Of a stretch of DNA of 64,000 bases, positions 24,734 through 38,573 are shown in pieces. Source of the DNA: Marsupella aquatica (lineage: Eukaryota; Plantae; Marchantiophyta). The position numbers and the translations under genes are program-made. The DNA lies in the NCBI GenBank assembly GCA_973895155.1, contig OZ316891.1, positions 13,671,037-13,735,036 of the forward strand, given 5' to 3'. The notes under the pieces are model-generated. The model saw only the letters and a list, made by a program, of their open reading frames with translations, did not search any database and was not told where the DNA came from. The number at the start of each line of letters is the position of its first letter. Within the stretch, counting starts at the first letter, position 1.

Positions 24734-27700
24734 TCAAGGTAAGCTTTGAATGCCAAGGCTACTTTCTTTTTGAGATAAGGTGGTTACAACCAGCTGGATG
24801 TTCTCTTCTGGCTGCTTAGGTACTAAAATATCCTCCTCGGGGTCTGTATTTGGGAGTAAGAATACCAGAAAGATTGGAACAAGTCTAAAGATATTTCTAA
24901 TGGTAACAGCCAGCCAAAGGTTGTCAAAGTTATCCCGGGTCACTTTGGTTATCGCTAATAGAGCTGCTCCTAACCATGATGCAGTTAGCATGCCAACATT
25001 ATCAACTGACATTAGAAATGAAAAGAAGGTTCCCTCAATACCGGGAGGACACAGCTTGGCTGCAAGAATAAGTAGAGGCATCCACTTGAGCCGACTGAGA
25101 GCCTGCGTCATACCCTCGTCTCCGATCACAAACACATGATCAGGAATATGCAATGTATGATTGAACCTCGTCACAAGAATGAAGTCCAGCATACCAAAGA
25201 GAGCCACCAAAACCTGTACCCAGAAGAGAATCCAGCGAAAGGAGACTCTCTTGAGCTTCTTGTGATAAAAATACACTGCTGCAAGGGTGCCTATCGACCC
25301 CGTTGCATATATTGCACCGATAAATTCCTGGACATACGCATGAACCAACTACACAGTTACAAAGATATTATACACTTCTAAAGCTCACGAGTGGAGAGAG
25401 AACTTCCCTACGAACCTGTGCAAAGCAAAATACAATCTTACAGTCCAGTAGTCTTAACCTAAGTCAAGGCGGAGACTTATGAATCCGTCTTTCCTGCAAA
25501 ACTCCTCGCAATATGCTGTGAATAATTAGCCTTTAATGGCAATCTTTGTCTGGAAATCGGTGGCCACGCCATGGCTACCTGTGAGTTTAACTTTTGGGAC
25601 AGGAGAGCAAACAATTCGTCCAATTGGACTCAGCAGAGGAATTGTTCTTAGAAAAGAATAAAAGTTTAACAAAATATCTTCAATTCTGATCTAGAGATCA
25701 AGTAGGGGCAAGGCTTGCGGCTCGCCATGTTAAACTCTTAAGAGTTGAAATGGGACACTGGCAGTTCGTTTGTACTCATCCTTCACCCACGATCCTAAAA
25801 GCGCACACGGTTTAGGGTCTATAAACAATTCCAACAACCCAAGGTTTCTACAAATATGCGTATTACAAGGTGCAACTGAGTCGCAATAGGTTCGAGGCAC
25901 GGAACAGCTAATGAATCAGAGACGTACCTCAGAAAAAGCTGGACCGTCTCTGGCAATTGTGTACCAGTAGAATTTGCCTTCAGATATATCAGGATTTATA
26001 GCTAAAGACAAGTACATGTACAATGTTGGCTTCCACACCCGTGTCTGCTTTAGAGTCGACCACAGTTGTTCTAATACGGTCCATAATTGCTTACCTAACT
26101 GTTCCACAGGTTATTGCAGCATAGGTTAGTTGCAAGGTAGGAGCAAACTCAAATACAAGTAACAGGATGGCCACTGATGATGTCTCAACTTTAGCAAGCA
26201 CCAGAGGAAACATACCTGTGAGACGTGCCACTTCTTTGAATCACGCTCTTCATGCAATACGAACCCGAGGATGAGTAAGAGGGAAGCAGGAAGCACCATC
26301 AAGCCAAGTGCTCCCTGCAAGAAACGGCCAGCACCCATCCCTTTTCAAAAACGGAGATGAAGGAAAGCCCAATCTGTAACCTTGATCTTAACAACAAGGA
26401 GAGCTGTGTTTGATCCTAATCTCAAAGCTCCTTTTCATGCAATGCCTATAGAATGAGATTCACTGCTGGTACATACGCTCACTTCGTGTGGCATATGTAC
26501 CGAAGAACAACAAAATGCCCTGATCTGAATAGTTCATACAAGCCTCACCAAATTTACCCCAGAATTACAATACCAAATCTGATCTCCAGTGGCTCTCTGC
26601 AAGATTAGGACAGGTCCAAGGACCGAGAAAAGTTGCTGAAGTCCAAAGAAATATAAAGGAAGGTCGCTTTTAGAGTGTAGCAGATTTAAAACCTGTGAAC
26701 CGAGCTTATCAACTGAGAGGCCACTGAATGCATATCCGACCAAGGACCCCACGGATAACGATACCGCACAAAGGCTTTGGATGTCAGCAGCTACACTGGG
26801 CTTCTCACGGCTCTTTCTAGCAACCTCTGCATCTATTGTTGCATCAGATAGAGCTGCACAAGCTGAAAGAAGAACTAATGTCCCGACAGCCATAGGAACC
26901 CATAGCTTCCCACCAGTGACGAGCACCGTAGTACCAACAATGGTGAGCACTCCTGCATCATCACAATGAACACAAAATTTCTTTTTGAAAGAGCTCAATA
27001 ACGCAGTCCCTTCATCCAAAAACCTTATGATTTTAGAGCCCCTAAAATGACCATTGATGTACAGAGGACTCGGGCGCTGCAAACTGACAACATTTCAGTA
27101 CTTCGACACACCTACGGCAGAGCTATCTTGTGGTATCAAATTAGAGTTGCCCGCATATGAAATACACCGAAAATCACTTCCAACACTTTACAACGACAGG
27201 CTGAATCCAAGATTGAGTCCGTCCTCCTCATCCTTGTGGTTATAATTCTCGAGCGCAATCAGCAAATCCACGATTCAACCCTTCTCGTACAAGACAGTCT
27301 TACGAAACCCGACGCGATCTAACGCCGATGCTAGCAATCTTGGAAGTACTGTAGTGTGGCATGGACACTTCAAAACTCCCAGAATCTGCTGCTCGAAAAT
27401 GGCCTAGGCATTTTGATGCGATGATCTCACCTGTGATCAAGAAGTATGGGCGACGGTGGTATCCGGCAATGGGAAGTATGTCAGTCATAAGGCCCCATAC
27501 AGGCTTGACGTCCCACGGAATTGCCGAGAATCCCCTGTATAACTGCACTGCAGAAGGTTGAGCAAGCTCGACATCTTTCCAATAATAGTCTACCACGACT
27601 GAGTTTATAGCCCCTCCAATGCCTTGACCAAATCCGTAAACCACCATAATTCCAAAAACGAAGCTGCCATTCAGCTCCCTGTTCAACATCCATATCCATG

Positions 27701-27764
27701 AGGCCGCCCATCTGAGAGCCCACCAACCCCTCTGATAATCCCCGGTCGCCGAGATTTTCTGCAT
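24734..27764 (-). CDS. Folate/biopterin transporter (BT1 family, MFS); exons 27764-27431, 26952-26693, 26314-26216, 26098-25928, 25327-24734 (about 485 aa; start uncertain)
   Basis: VVYGFGQG, YYWKDV..QPSAVQ, IPWDVKPVWGLMTDILPIAGYHRRPY, SDATIDA, DIQSLC, VWKPTLYMYLSLA, KLCPPGIEGTFF are characteristic BT1/FBT motifs. All four introns are GT-AG with matching phases. Confidence 0.92.
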
Positions 27765-28859
27765 CAAGGGGCCCTCGATTGCATCTGATGGACGGATCAA
27801 ATCGTCCCGGGAAAACGCAAACAACAAACAGACACAGCGCTAAATGTTTTGTGTGCAACTGTGCAATCAAGATAACCAAACTAACTCGATGATTCATGTT
27901 GTAAATAAGATCAAGTACCTCCATATATACACGTACCAATATAGATTAGTTGTAATTCTTCTATTTCAACAACTCCTCGAAACAAAATTACCGTTTCACT
28001 ACTTAAACTATTCCGTATTTCTCTTAGAGCTTCGGTTGCTCACAAGATCTAGCCTTCCGCCATGAGTTTCGGAATTCCTTGCTTTGCTCTTCTACGCTTT
28101 ACTTTCGCTGTCGGTTCTGCGATGGGTTTCGTAGAAGAGGCAGTTCGCAATCCCACCCAAGCACTAAGCCGTGAGGACTTCAGTTAGAATCTGAACGCCT
28201 TTTTACGCGAACTTCCGGAGAAAAACGAGATGAACTCAATGGATTTGCGTTTAAGCAGAATTATTTTCATTAATTGTCGCTCCCAAGAGAAAAAGGCATT
28301 ACTCTTTCAATCCCCGCACCATGTGAAGACATCATTGGCAATGGGTGGGTACCAGCAGACGGGATTTGAGCCGATTTCACATTTGGGGAACGTGCTACAA
28401 GGAAGGCGAGGTCAAGTACAAAAACAGTCCACGGATGTTCGGTGTTCGATTTTTGAGTCCAATTCGACTAATTAAGGCATCCCCCGCTAGGCTTGAACCA
28501 CGACTCCTCAAAATTACGACTTTTCTATCAACGTTCGGAACGCTTCGACGATTGAGTGCTGACGGAACCAATCATAGCAGATACCCACCTTTTCCGGTAC
28601 CTTCACGATGCTTTCCTTCCCTTGTAAGCCAGCTACAAAAGCATTAGCTACTGGCATCGATTAATCAATTACTTCCACTGCAATGGTGACTGACTGACAC
28701 CTTACTGAATGGAGAGCATTTGCAGAGCTTGCCAAACTTCCAGGGGAGGACTCCTACACAGATCTTTAGTAGTACACTAGCAGGGCAAAGAAGGCAGGCA
28801 GAGACCGTCCAGATGAGGAGGTCCACAATTCGCGGGGCTGTCTGTTCCTTCGTAAGAGC

Positions 28860-29104
28860 GATCGTGTTCATAACTTTGATGGCTGCCTATGTCAACATCG
28901 TGTGATCTCTATGCTCCGATGCTGCGGCAGGTTGTCTGGTTTTCTGTTTCCTGGTCAATTGGCTAATAGGCTGCGGTATCCCGATCGTGTCCATGACTTT
29001 GATGGCTGCCTATGTAAACTCGTTTGATCTCTATGCTCCGGTGCTGCGGTAGGTTGTATAGTTTTCTGTGTCCTGGTCAATTGGCTAATAGGCTTCGGTA
29101 TCCT
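28860..29104. repeat. About 123-bp tandem duplication
   Basis: gatcgtgt.cat.actttgatggctgcctatgt...cctggtcaattggctaataggct.cggtatcc occurs twice. Confidence 0.85.
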
Positions 29105-29945
29105 GTTTCTGTACTTTCAAGGGGGCTATTGTCCATTTGTGATGCACAAAGAGTGCATTTTCTTCCCCTACACTCCTGTGATTGAATTAATGGGTTCTCC
29201 TTTACAGCTTTCGAGCCGCAGTCTCAAATTTCAAGAGCTCTACAAGTGCGATTAGCTTTGTCAATCACTATGATGAAGTACCTTGATCGCTTCGGGTAGG
29301 CGATCCGAAATCAGCACAAATGGCAGAAGAAAATAACAGATGGAGTACAGTGTTTCGCCTCCTCAAGTACGTACACGTTCTTTGCCTTCTTCCCGATATC
29401 GTGTGCGGGGAATCTACCAGCAATTTCCGGCCTTCCGTCCTTCTTACCAGTATCGTGTGCGGAAATCGTCACGATACAACACTAACTTGACAAAAACACA
29501 AGATGCAACGTCAGATCAACAAACCTTTTCGCTCGTTATCAATGGGCAGCTTATCTTCGTCATCCTGCAGCTTCGTAGGAGTATCGCTCTGGGAGCAAGC
29601 GAAAAGGCTGCCCTCCTCTCCATCAGGAATCGAAGGGGCAAAGGTCAGTAATGTATCATCCTCCTCGTACTCCGAAGATTGGTCCTGTACCTGATTGGAT
29701 AGGAGCTGAAACCTGGGGGAGTTGCTTCTCATGCCTACAGTACAGTGCAGTACAGTAGACAGAAACTTGAATGGATGCAGTGGAATCCAATCCCGTTTAG
29801 GAGATCAACCCAGCTCCAGAAGATCACAGTGGAGTACAGGCTTCACCATCGACAACCGGTCGCACATCGCGCCGCTCCAACGCCACCCTAGGGACACAGA
29901 AAGTCGGAGGAGGAACGAAAATCTATCACGAGCAGGCTGCATCCA

Positions 29946-30020
29946 TAAATGTCGGGAACACAACGGAGGGAGCGGATGTGAATAAATGTCGGGACCACAA
30001 CGGAGGGAGCGGATGTGAAT
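29946..30020. repeat. 36-37 bp tandem duplication
   Basis: ataaatgtcggga.cacaacggagggagcggatgtga x2. Confidence 0.85.
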
Positions 30021-31946
30021 GAAGAAGAAGGAGTAAAGGCGGCGGGGGGCGGCCGGTGGGGCAGGAAGCGGAAGAGCATCAACGAAGTCCGAGAGATGAT
30101 TACAGCACCGTAGAGACTGTCTAAAGCTGGCCCAGGTCAAGGACTCTTTCTGATTGGCGTAGTAAGAGGGTTCGCCTGGCTGTCCCAAGGAGAGGAAACA
30201 CCCGACATCCGCAAACCAACTTACTTAGAGTCAATGACGACGACGCTGTACCGACTAATGGGACAAAGCTGAGCTCTGGCTGCTATTGTCAACGGTGAAA
30301 TAAAATTCAAGACGGAAGGCTGAGGTGATGATGACGGAGGAGAAAGAAAGAGACAATCAAAGCATTGCGTTGGGAAGTCTGTGCGGCAGTAAGATATCTT
30401 CATAACTTGTCTCCGTTTTGCTTTGTCAGCAGTCTGTCCTTGAGCAATGCTCGAATTCCGTGAGCCCCTCACCACCTCGGAGTAATCAATCGCTGCTACA
30501 GTGCTTTCCCGGTAAATCATTACCCTAGAGTTTGGTACCTCCTCGTCCTTGTTAGCTCAAATGTCTAGGAAGAAATGAATTAAAAAATCATGTTGATAGA
30601 CGCAGATGTGACTCACTCTATGATTGCTCACTGTGCGCCCAAGTAAGTCATATTATGAGTTAGCTCGGCTGGGTTTACTCAGTCGGCCCAGCTTGGTACA
30701 GTAGGAAGATTCCTACTATTATAGCTTGCTCTCACAGCCTCACAGGGTACGGTAAGTTTCAACAAGAAACAGATAAAAAACAGGTTGATAATTGCAAAAC
30801 GACTCGCTCTCTATGATGGCTCTTTTGTGTGGGCAACCAAACCCTCAGTACGAGTCTGTTCAGCTAAATTGGTTCAGTCTGTTGGCCCGGCTTGGTACAG
30901 TAAGAAGATTCCTACCATAATAACTTGGCTCTCGCATCGTACTGTAACTTGCTCAAAATGGCTCCTCCTTAGTCCCGGTCAGCAGTTTCCCAGAGCCGGT
31001 TTGACTTTCAAATGATGCCAGACAGACTACTCACGTTATAAACACCCTGGTAGATCTGCCCTCTTTTGAATAAAATGCGAATTGTTGACAGGCATGGGAC
31101 CACCATATTTCTGGCTCTTGATAAGAAGTCCCGATATATTGACGGCAACACGAGGCTGAAACCTCTCGGGCACCTGGCTCCAATCCTGCATGGTCGCATT
31201 AGTGGTATTCGCCTGAGGAGAAAGAGGATTTCAGAGGAACGAACAATTCTACTCAAGCCAAGTAAAATTCTATGGATTCCAGAAAGCTTTGAAACTCGTT
31301 CTCCTTGCATCAGTAACTCAAGTTTGTCACTTCACAAAAACTATCAGCAAATCTTTATATTGATATTGAAGCTTGTTGAATGAATTGAATGTACGCCATT
31401 ACCATAATTTCACATTATCGATGACAAGAACTCTACAAGCAGTAGCCATCCACAAATTCAAAGCACCATTTGTAACGGGATTTCTCCTTCAGAACGAAAC
31501 ACCAGTCCACCCTCAAAAAAATATATTCAGCTCTAGGGACCAGACTAGAGGTAACACGCACCTTGAAACGACAGATACAATTTAGTTCAACTGAGAATGA
31601 TCAAAGAGTTGGTTTTGCAAGAACCAACTCTATCAGCAGAATAATACAAGCAACGTGGACAGCAATTTGTCGAAACTCTACACCAGCTGTTACCTTTCTC
31701 CGACTGTAACATGCATTTGTCAAACGTACACAATGAAGGCTTTCAGTATCGTCAATACAAATTCACTGCACGTTTATATTTAGTTGGACAGATCACACGG
31801 AGGAATCCCGATTTCTGCTTCTCTACTACTGGACTCCCAATCTTCTTCTACATTTAGTGATCAGTTGTCAATAATAGACACCAACTGTATTACTCCAATG
31901 GCACACTCTGGGAAGGTTTCGAAACATCAATCTAGCAAATCTACAA

Positions 31947-34900
31947 TCAACGAGCTGAAGATTGTAAGGTGATGAGGAAGGATGAATTTGCCAAGTCGCG
32001 CCTGCAGTTGGATATATGTTGCTTCAGGCGAGAAAGATTTGGATGAGCACTGCGACATCGATGACAGCGAAGCTCTAAGTCCAGTAGTCGTTCTCCATCT
32101 GTAACAGAATTTTGCATTTGTCCGTGCCCCTCCAGCTGATTAAGCAAATCCAAGGAATCACGAAAGAAGGAAGTTGTGAAAGAATTCCAATGCTTCTTAT
32201 TCTTTAAAGAAGCAGAATCGAAGTCCTGACTGATTAAATGAAAATGCACCTGCCGCATCGATGGGACCTAAATACAACCACAACAAGACTTGATAAATTA
32301 TCCATCTCCAGGAAACGCACGCTGGGTATATAAAGTGGGAAAGACCATTAGCTCCGAAAAAATGATTGCCTTGTATAAGAAAAGTTTTGGAAAAAAGCTA
32401 TCCATTTAATCTCATGACTACTACATCTTCGCGGGTGTTAGAAAGTGACATGATTTCCAATTAAGAAAACGAAACCCTTTCAATTTATCTGCTATAGGCT
32501 ACCATATGTGGAGCCCTGAAGGTGGATGATCCATTCTCAATTCTACGAATTTAAGAGCAGCCCGTTCAACTGAGTGATCCCAGAGGTACTAGATGGCCGA
32601 CTCAACCAAGAAGCGACGAGGTAGGCGTTTCCAAGGACCTAGAACTTCATAACAAACACCAAATGACAAGAAGGATCCTGAATAAGAAGGATTGCAGGCA
32701 ATACCAAATGATAGCCTAGCCTGAAACTGAGGGAGGGATCCGCCTTCAGATAATGGGCTGCCCATTCTTCTCCAAGTGAATGCATGTGACGCAATACAGG
32801 TAAATGCTCCTTTTGCAAATTTTCAAGGCTGTCGAGTGCAGGTTTCCTAGCCACAACAAGAAGATGTCTTTTTGCCTGCCAGAAAACCCAAAACAATAAA
32901 CCAAAGAGGGTGCTGTGGTAATAATCACGCAGTTGAACTTGCATTTCCTTACAGTCAACTAGCCATCTTCAGGAATTAACACAAAAACAAAACCGAACAG
33001 TGTAATCCAGCAGCTTCATTTTGTGACAAAGCTTCCCAAACCGATTCAACCATTTTCCCAAGTGCATCTAACCTTAACCAGAAGAATACTTTAGAAAAAA
33101 TAATACTTTCTCAACCTGGTCACTAACAGCAAAGCAGCTCAATCATATCAAGATGCCTCAGCCAGAAAATGTTATCTAGCGGCTTTATCCTTAAGGAGCT
33201 CCACATCAGTCGGACAATTTCCCGAATGGTCTCGGTAACATCAGTTTCCGAATTTCTGTGGCCACAACTTTAGAGGATGTTTCAGGGTGCAACTCTTGAC
33301 TGAACTATTAACGATGCCTTCAAGTAACATTCCACCAAGAAGAATGGAAAGAAAAAATACCACAATTGTCCCAAACAGTGAAAGCAAGGAGGCAGTAGTT
33401 TACCTTGGGGTGGATGTCGTAAAGGACAATAGCATCATCTGTGATTTGTAAGACAATCTCCGTGTGCTGTTCTGGATGCATAGCAATTTCATAAAGTGCA
33501 AGAGCCCAATCATCCCACCTCTTTCCATTATTGGTGCCACCTTGTTGATTAACTTCGGCAGTAGTAGGCCCCTCTTGGTTTTGACCATCAGTTTCTTCCT
33601 TTTGTCCTACACCAATTGGACATCTGCCTGAGGAAGTTCCACAAAGGTTGGAATGGGGCTGATTATTGAGGGTACCTTTCTCAGGTCCACAAGATTGACA
33701 TGTGTCGAGTTCTAACGGATGTCCTGTTTCATCAGTGCCTCTGCTAGCTCGTGCTACAACTTCCTCAGTTACTCTAACTTTGTCTCTTTTGGGATGGACA
33801 TCTTTCAATTCACGGTTGCGTTTGGAAGCTTGCATAAGCACTGTGAAAGCATTTTTGGCAGGCTTCTCATTGGTTCTCGTAATGCCAACAATGGTTTTAC
33901 CGTTGGCTTCTTCTTTACTGCTACTCTGCACTGTCCCGTTGACTTCTACTTTACTGCTACTTTCTACGACACGACATGACTTTACAATCGAGGAAAAGTT
34001 TTGGAACAGACTGGCATAGGAACTTTGTAAGATTCTACAGCCTTCAGAGTAGTCACCAAACAGACTACTAGGCCGCTGCGGATTCATGTTTGGTCCCAGA
34101 ACGTGGATCACATGTGTCACACCTTCCTGGATATGAAGTGGTGAGGATTCTGGGAGGTGAACAACAACAGATGTTCCAGGATTGATAGTTTGAGCCACCT
34201 GTTTGGTGGCACGCTCAAGTTCTGGGCCGGCAGCTGAGTATATTGCAGCATTTACACCACCACCACCCGCCTTCAATCGCCTAAACAATCAAGTTTGAAT
34301 CAAGCAAATAAGACACGATTCAGTCAGAAGGTCTTGGGGTCAAAGAGAGAGTAAAATTGAGTAACAACAACACCAAGCTAAAGGAGCCACGCAAGTGATA
34401 GGCTGACAATTACAAAGAACTTGCATAGTCAGACAGTGACAAATGAAAACTGAACACCTGTCATTACATCGGCGCTGGTGAAATTTCGAAATTGAACATT
34501 GACAAAACGCATTACAAGAAAAAACTGACATATGCTGGTAGAAAACGAGCCGCTTTATCATCATTATTATTATTACAATTATCACCAGTCTAGCATTATG
34601 ATGCGCAAGGCAAATTTTATCAGCACAAAGCAATGATCGTACCAGTTCGCAGCATTGGCTATGATGTTGCAATCTGGTCCATGGGAAGTGCGCAGCCTTG
34701 TTATGTCTCCAATAAACGTACAAAATCTAGTAGCATCTAGACCTTTTTCTCGCGCCTTTCTAGAAACAAGAGAAAGCATTTGAGAATGTTTCAAGTCAAC
34801 GAGGATTAGCCTCATCTTTGAGTCTTCAATCAATAGAAACTTTGCCACAGCGTCCACAAGCACACTAGATGCCTTTTCAAGATCAAATTGAAAGTCTGAC

Positions 34901-37301
34901 GTTGAAATGGAAGGGAAAGCCAGTGTGTTTGTCCCTTTGTCCTCTACGCAAACACTGCCGGCTAAATCCCTAGTGTTACCAGCTTTACTTCGGCAGGATG
35001 ACCAAGCTGCTAGGTTTAGTTCAGGTTTTTTGCCACCACCAACTACATCTGCTTGCTGGCCCTCCCTTACTTTCTCCACATGATGACCCTTGTTGTCTAT
35101 ATTGTTTCCTCTGTTTCTTTGATCACTTTTTTCAAGGACCAATTGCAGAGAACTTTTGCTCTTATTTACATGACCACCAAAGACCCCTGACTCCAGATGC
35201 TTTGAAGGAAGTAGCTCCCTATACTGTTGAACTACGCTCTCAACATCCATGTCCGTTCTGCAGAAAGTTACTCGAGAAAAACCTTCAGATAGTAAAGGGA
35301 GCTGGCGGGTTTTGACCATACGGTTGATTACAGACCCAGCGTTTCCAGCACTCACTCCTCCCTCGTGCCCAATCCTTTTTGAAGCACGCTGTATACACAC
35401 ACTTGCTGGTAAGTTAAGGACCACTCCATGAGCTTCAACACCAAAACTGGCTGCAAGCTGCAAGAACTCCAAGCGCTGTTCTTTGTCTATGTTACAGCGG
35501 TCAATTACAACACTGACTTTTTGACCCAATGCACGCTCTGTATGTTTCAAGCACTCCTTCTTAGTTCCCCTCTTTCCTTTGGCGATGATATCCTGCACAG
35601 CGGAACATATTCTCATTGTTTGTCTACTCTTAAGTTGCAGCAAGACCTTGACATCTCACCTCTCATACACAATGAAGCTGCACTAACTTAGGACGCCCTG
35701 TATATTTGTTCCTCAGCAGCTAGCAAAACTAACCAGATTAAGTTCTACCAAATGCATTTTAACAAACATAGATATTTGAGCCCCTAGTTCGTAACCGTTA
35801 CAGAAACTCATCTATTTGATTCTATCAATGACTGAAATCAGCCACTCAATTTTAGGAACGACATTACAGTATGCAGAGTACGGGGTTCCCACCTGACATA
35901 TTCGAGTCCAAGGTTGAGCAGCGTTTGACATAAGCTTAACGCAGAACGTACTTTTACCTGAAACTCAAAAAAATGAAATCAAGGGTTCAGCCATTTTAAC
36001 AAATATAGATATTTAACTTGTCCATCACAAAACACAATGCCTCCGAACTCCTTGACAGAAGCCGGGGCCAAGAATTTGTATTTGCCCGGAGAATACTTAC
36101 AAAGTCGAGTTCATGTCTCAGTACTCAAATCCAAACCACAAAAGCAGATGGACTTTAAGATATTCATATGCACATCCTAAAATTGAAAAACCTTACCACT
36201 CCCCGGTACACCGATAAGTAGTAAAAGAACTCCAGCATCAGCTTTCTTTACAATTTTAGGTATATCTCGCAGCTCATCTTTAGTTCTGACGACTTTTGGA
36301 CCAAATTGATTGATCTCCCCTGTTTTCGTCCCTTCAAGAGCACAACGTCCCTGTTCTCCTTCTGGCGCGCCCTCAATCTCCTCATCCAACATATGTGTGA
36401 TGCTGGAATTACTCGCAAACACCGGGCCAGGCTGAAAGGAAACGGCTTTCGTCCCTCCATCTTTGGGTCTGGCATCTGTAGAGATGCATAAGTCCATAAA
36501 TTATTTCACTCTGCAATGTCTCCATTTTCATTCGGATTCAATAATGATGGAACCCCGGTGAGATCAATCCCCTTCCTGTTCTATCGTAACGCTTTAGACT
36601 ACAGGTATGAGAGTTTGTGGAGGAAATTTCAGAGGTCATTAATGGACATTGTATTTAGAAAATATAAAATTGTAAGAAAATGAAATCAAATTGAATGTTT
36701 AGACATACCATCTAAAACATACCTTACATAGCTAGGATAGAATTGTAAATTCAAATACTTCAACTCATGAATGTCCAAACAAACTGAAGGTGTCTCTACA
36801 GGAATCACAATGTGCATTCATAAGCTGCTCTTGATCAGGTTTAAAAGAGAAGCTATCGTGATATTTTAAAATCTCTGCCTTGGGGATTAAAGCTGATCGA
36901 CATTGCTACTAAGCACATGGAGGAAGCCCCCGAAGCGAATGTGAAAACGGTGAGATTGCTCTTTACTATGTCCTGCGTGTTGAATGCACAGAAACAAAAA
37001 TTTGCCTGCGAAGTTCATAGCCCGGATTCAAACCTTAACGATTGGTGAAAGTCAAATGACATCGTCGACGTCACAATCTAAAAAAAGGGCGGGATATCCT
37101 CTCTCCAGCACTCCCCACAGCCATGAAATAGGAGCTACACAACTGCAGAAAGGCTTCACCTGGTGAATGCTCTTCGGCAACGTCGGGTCTGGTGTTGGAA
37201 AGATTCTCCGGATGCCAGTACTCCATCCGATGATCTGCATTCGTCCTGTAGCACTGAGACCCATACTTGCACTTCGGCAGCTGTTTTCCCGAATTGGCCA
37301 T
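31947..37301 (-). CDS. APTX: Aprataxin-like multidomain DNA repair protein: PBZ zinc finger - P-loop kinase (AAA_33-like) - macro domain - HIT - C2HE-type zinc finger; exons 37301-37160, 36475-36197, 35957-35893, 35592-34643, 34280-33404, 32875-32705, 32267-31947 (about 934 aa)
   Basis: Walker A IGVPGSGKSTFC, IDRCN, macro motif ANAANWRLKAGGGGVNAAIY, FPSISTSDFQFD, DIHPKAKRHLLV, GYHLVPSMRQVHFHLISQDF, CHRC..HPN...LKQH. All six introns are GT-AG and phase-compatible, total 2805 nt. The first exon is inferred from phase match and motif. Confidence 0.9.
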
Positions 37302-37564
37302 TTGGGATTGGAATCTCTCAGCTCAAGACACTGAGAATGCATAATTCGACCTCTGACCAAATCCCAATGACCGGCAATGTCTTCATCCCCGAATCCTACT
37401 GCGTTATTTTGCCCTTCTTACTATCGAAGCCCCATCGTTCTCACATCAAAAGAACAGGGCCCCGTCCCCCTTCCAACGGACACCAGCCTACTGCAGCTTC
37501 CTCAGTACGCCAGTGGACAATTGAGTCACAGTGTAAACCTCCTTTATTCATTCATCCTGCATTC

Positions 37565-37730
37565 CTGCTCCATACTCAACTCTACCGTACCACCCGCGAA
37601 TCACAACAGTGCAATACTGCAAATCTTTTCGGCCTTGAGAGGAGCAGGATGCTCCATACTTAACTCTACCGTACCACGCGTGAATCACAACAGTGCAATA
37701 GTGCAATCCTTTCGGGCTTTAGAGAAGCAG
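37565..37730. repeat. About 85-bp tandem duplication upstream of the APTX start
   Basis: tgctccatact.aactctaccgtaccac.cg.gaatcacaacagtgcaata occurs twice. Confidence 0.85.
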
Positions 37731-38216
37731 AACCTCACCAAATTCATTGCAGGACTTTCTAGTTTTTCAACCTCTCGCCGGACTACAGAGATGAGCAGAT
37801 TCGTCTCTGAAGTCTGAAGTCTGAACGTCTGAACCCTACAAGTGTATGGTACGGTGCTTTCGAGTTGAGATGAGCATTCTACGGAATTTTGAATGGAGAA
37901 TTCGAAATTTGCACCTCTGTACATGACGGCCGACACATCATCAATTTATTGCCGAAATCGAAAACCCATTGACACCGTCACTTGCGATGACGTGATCGAG
38001 TAGCTCTTGTCTGCTGGCGTCGATTACGTGAGGCCGGTTGGGAAGCGGGAAAACATTTTGCCATGCAGTTTGGTGATCCGGTGAACCGTGTATACGTGCA
38101 TTCTGTGTATTAGTGCACCCAACCATGTGGTCCCATAATATTACAAGTATGACACAACTTTTACGTAGTTTGCCACTAAATATGTTTTAATTGGCAATAT
38201 TGTAGAACTTAAAGCT

Positions 38217-38573
38217 CTCATGGACACAAAGGTTTGTTGGGACTACCTGGATGGACACAACCATGTGACATTGTAAGAAGAATCTCCAATTACACCTAAC
38301 TAAGGGATTATCGTTTTTCAGCAACGGAAGGAAACCTCGCTTTAGACCTTATGGTTGAGTTAGATGGTCACTGCATCCTTGGAGGAAGGACAATGTGGAC
38401 GGACTACCGGAAGAATCAACCGAATACCGACTGGTCCCGGTCACATACCTCCTTACAGATCACTTTGGGATTACAATCAAAAAGCATGTTACACGAACAA
38501 AAAATGAAGTTCGGGTTGTCTATCTGGGTTGTGTGTGTCCATCCGGGCTTTCTTCCAAATGTGTGTCCATGAG
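38217..38573. mobile_element. MITE-like element with about 45-bp imperfect terminal inverted repeats
   Basis: Left ctcatggacacaaagg...cctggatggacacaacc; right ggttgtgtgtgtccatccgg...gtgtgtccatgag (reverse-complementary). No clear TSD identified. Confidence 0.6.

Noticed and set aside
29500-31400. Cluster of 60-130 aa ORFs between the transporter and APTX
   Set aside because: No recognisable domain and no consistent exon chain could be assembled; it may be a lncRNA or TE relic but this is unsupported.
36177-37301. N-terminal bHLH domain expected from the Arabidopsis bHLH140/APTX annotation
   Set aside because: No bHLH motif is visible upstream of the kinase domain; a PBZ exon is present instead.
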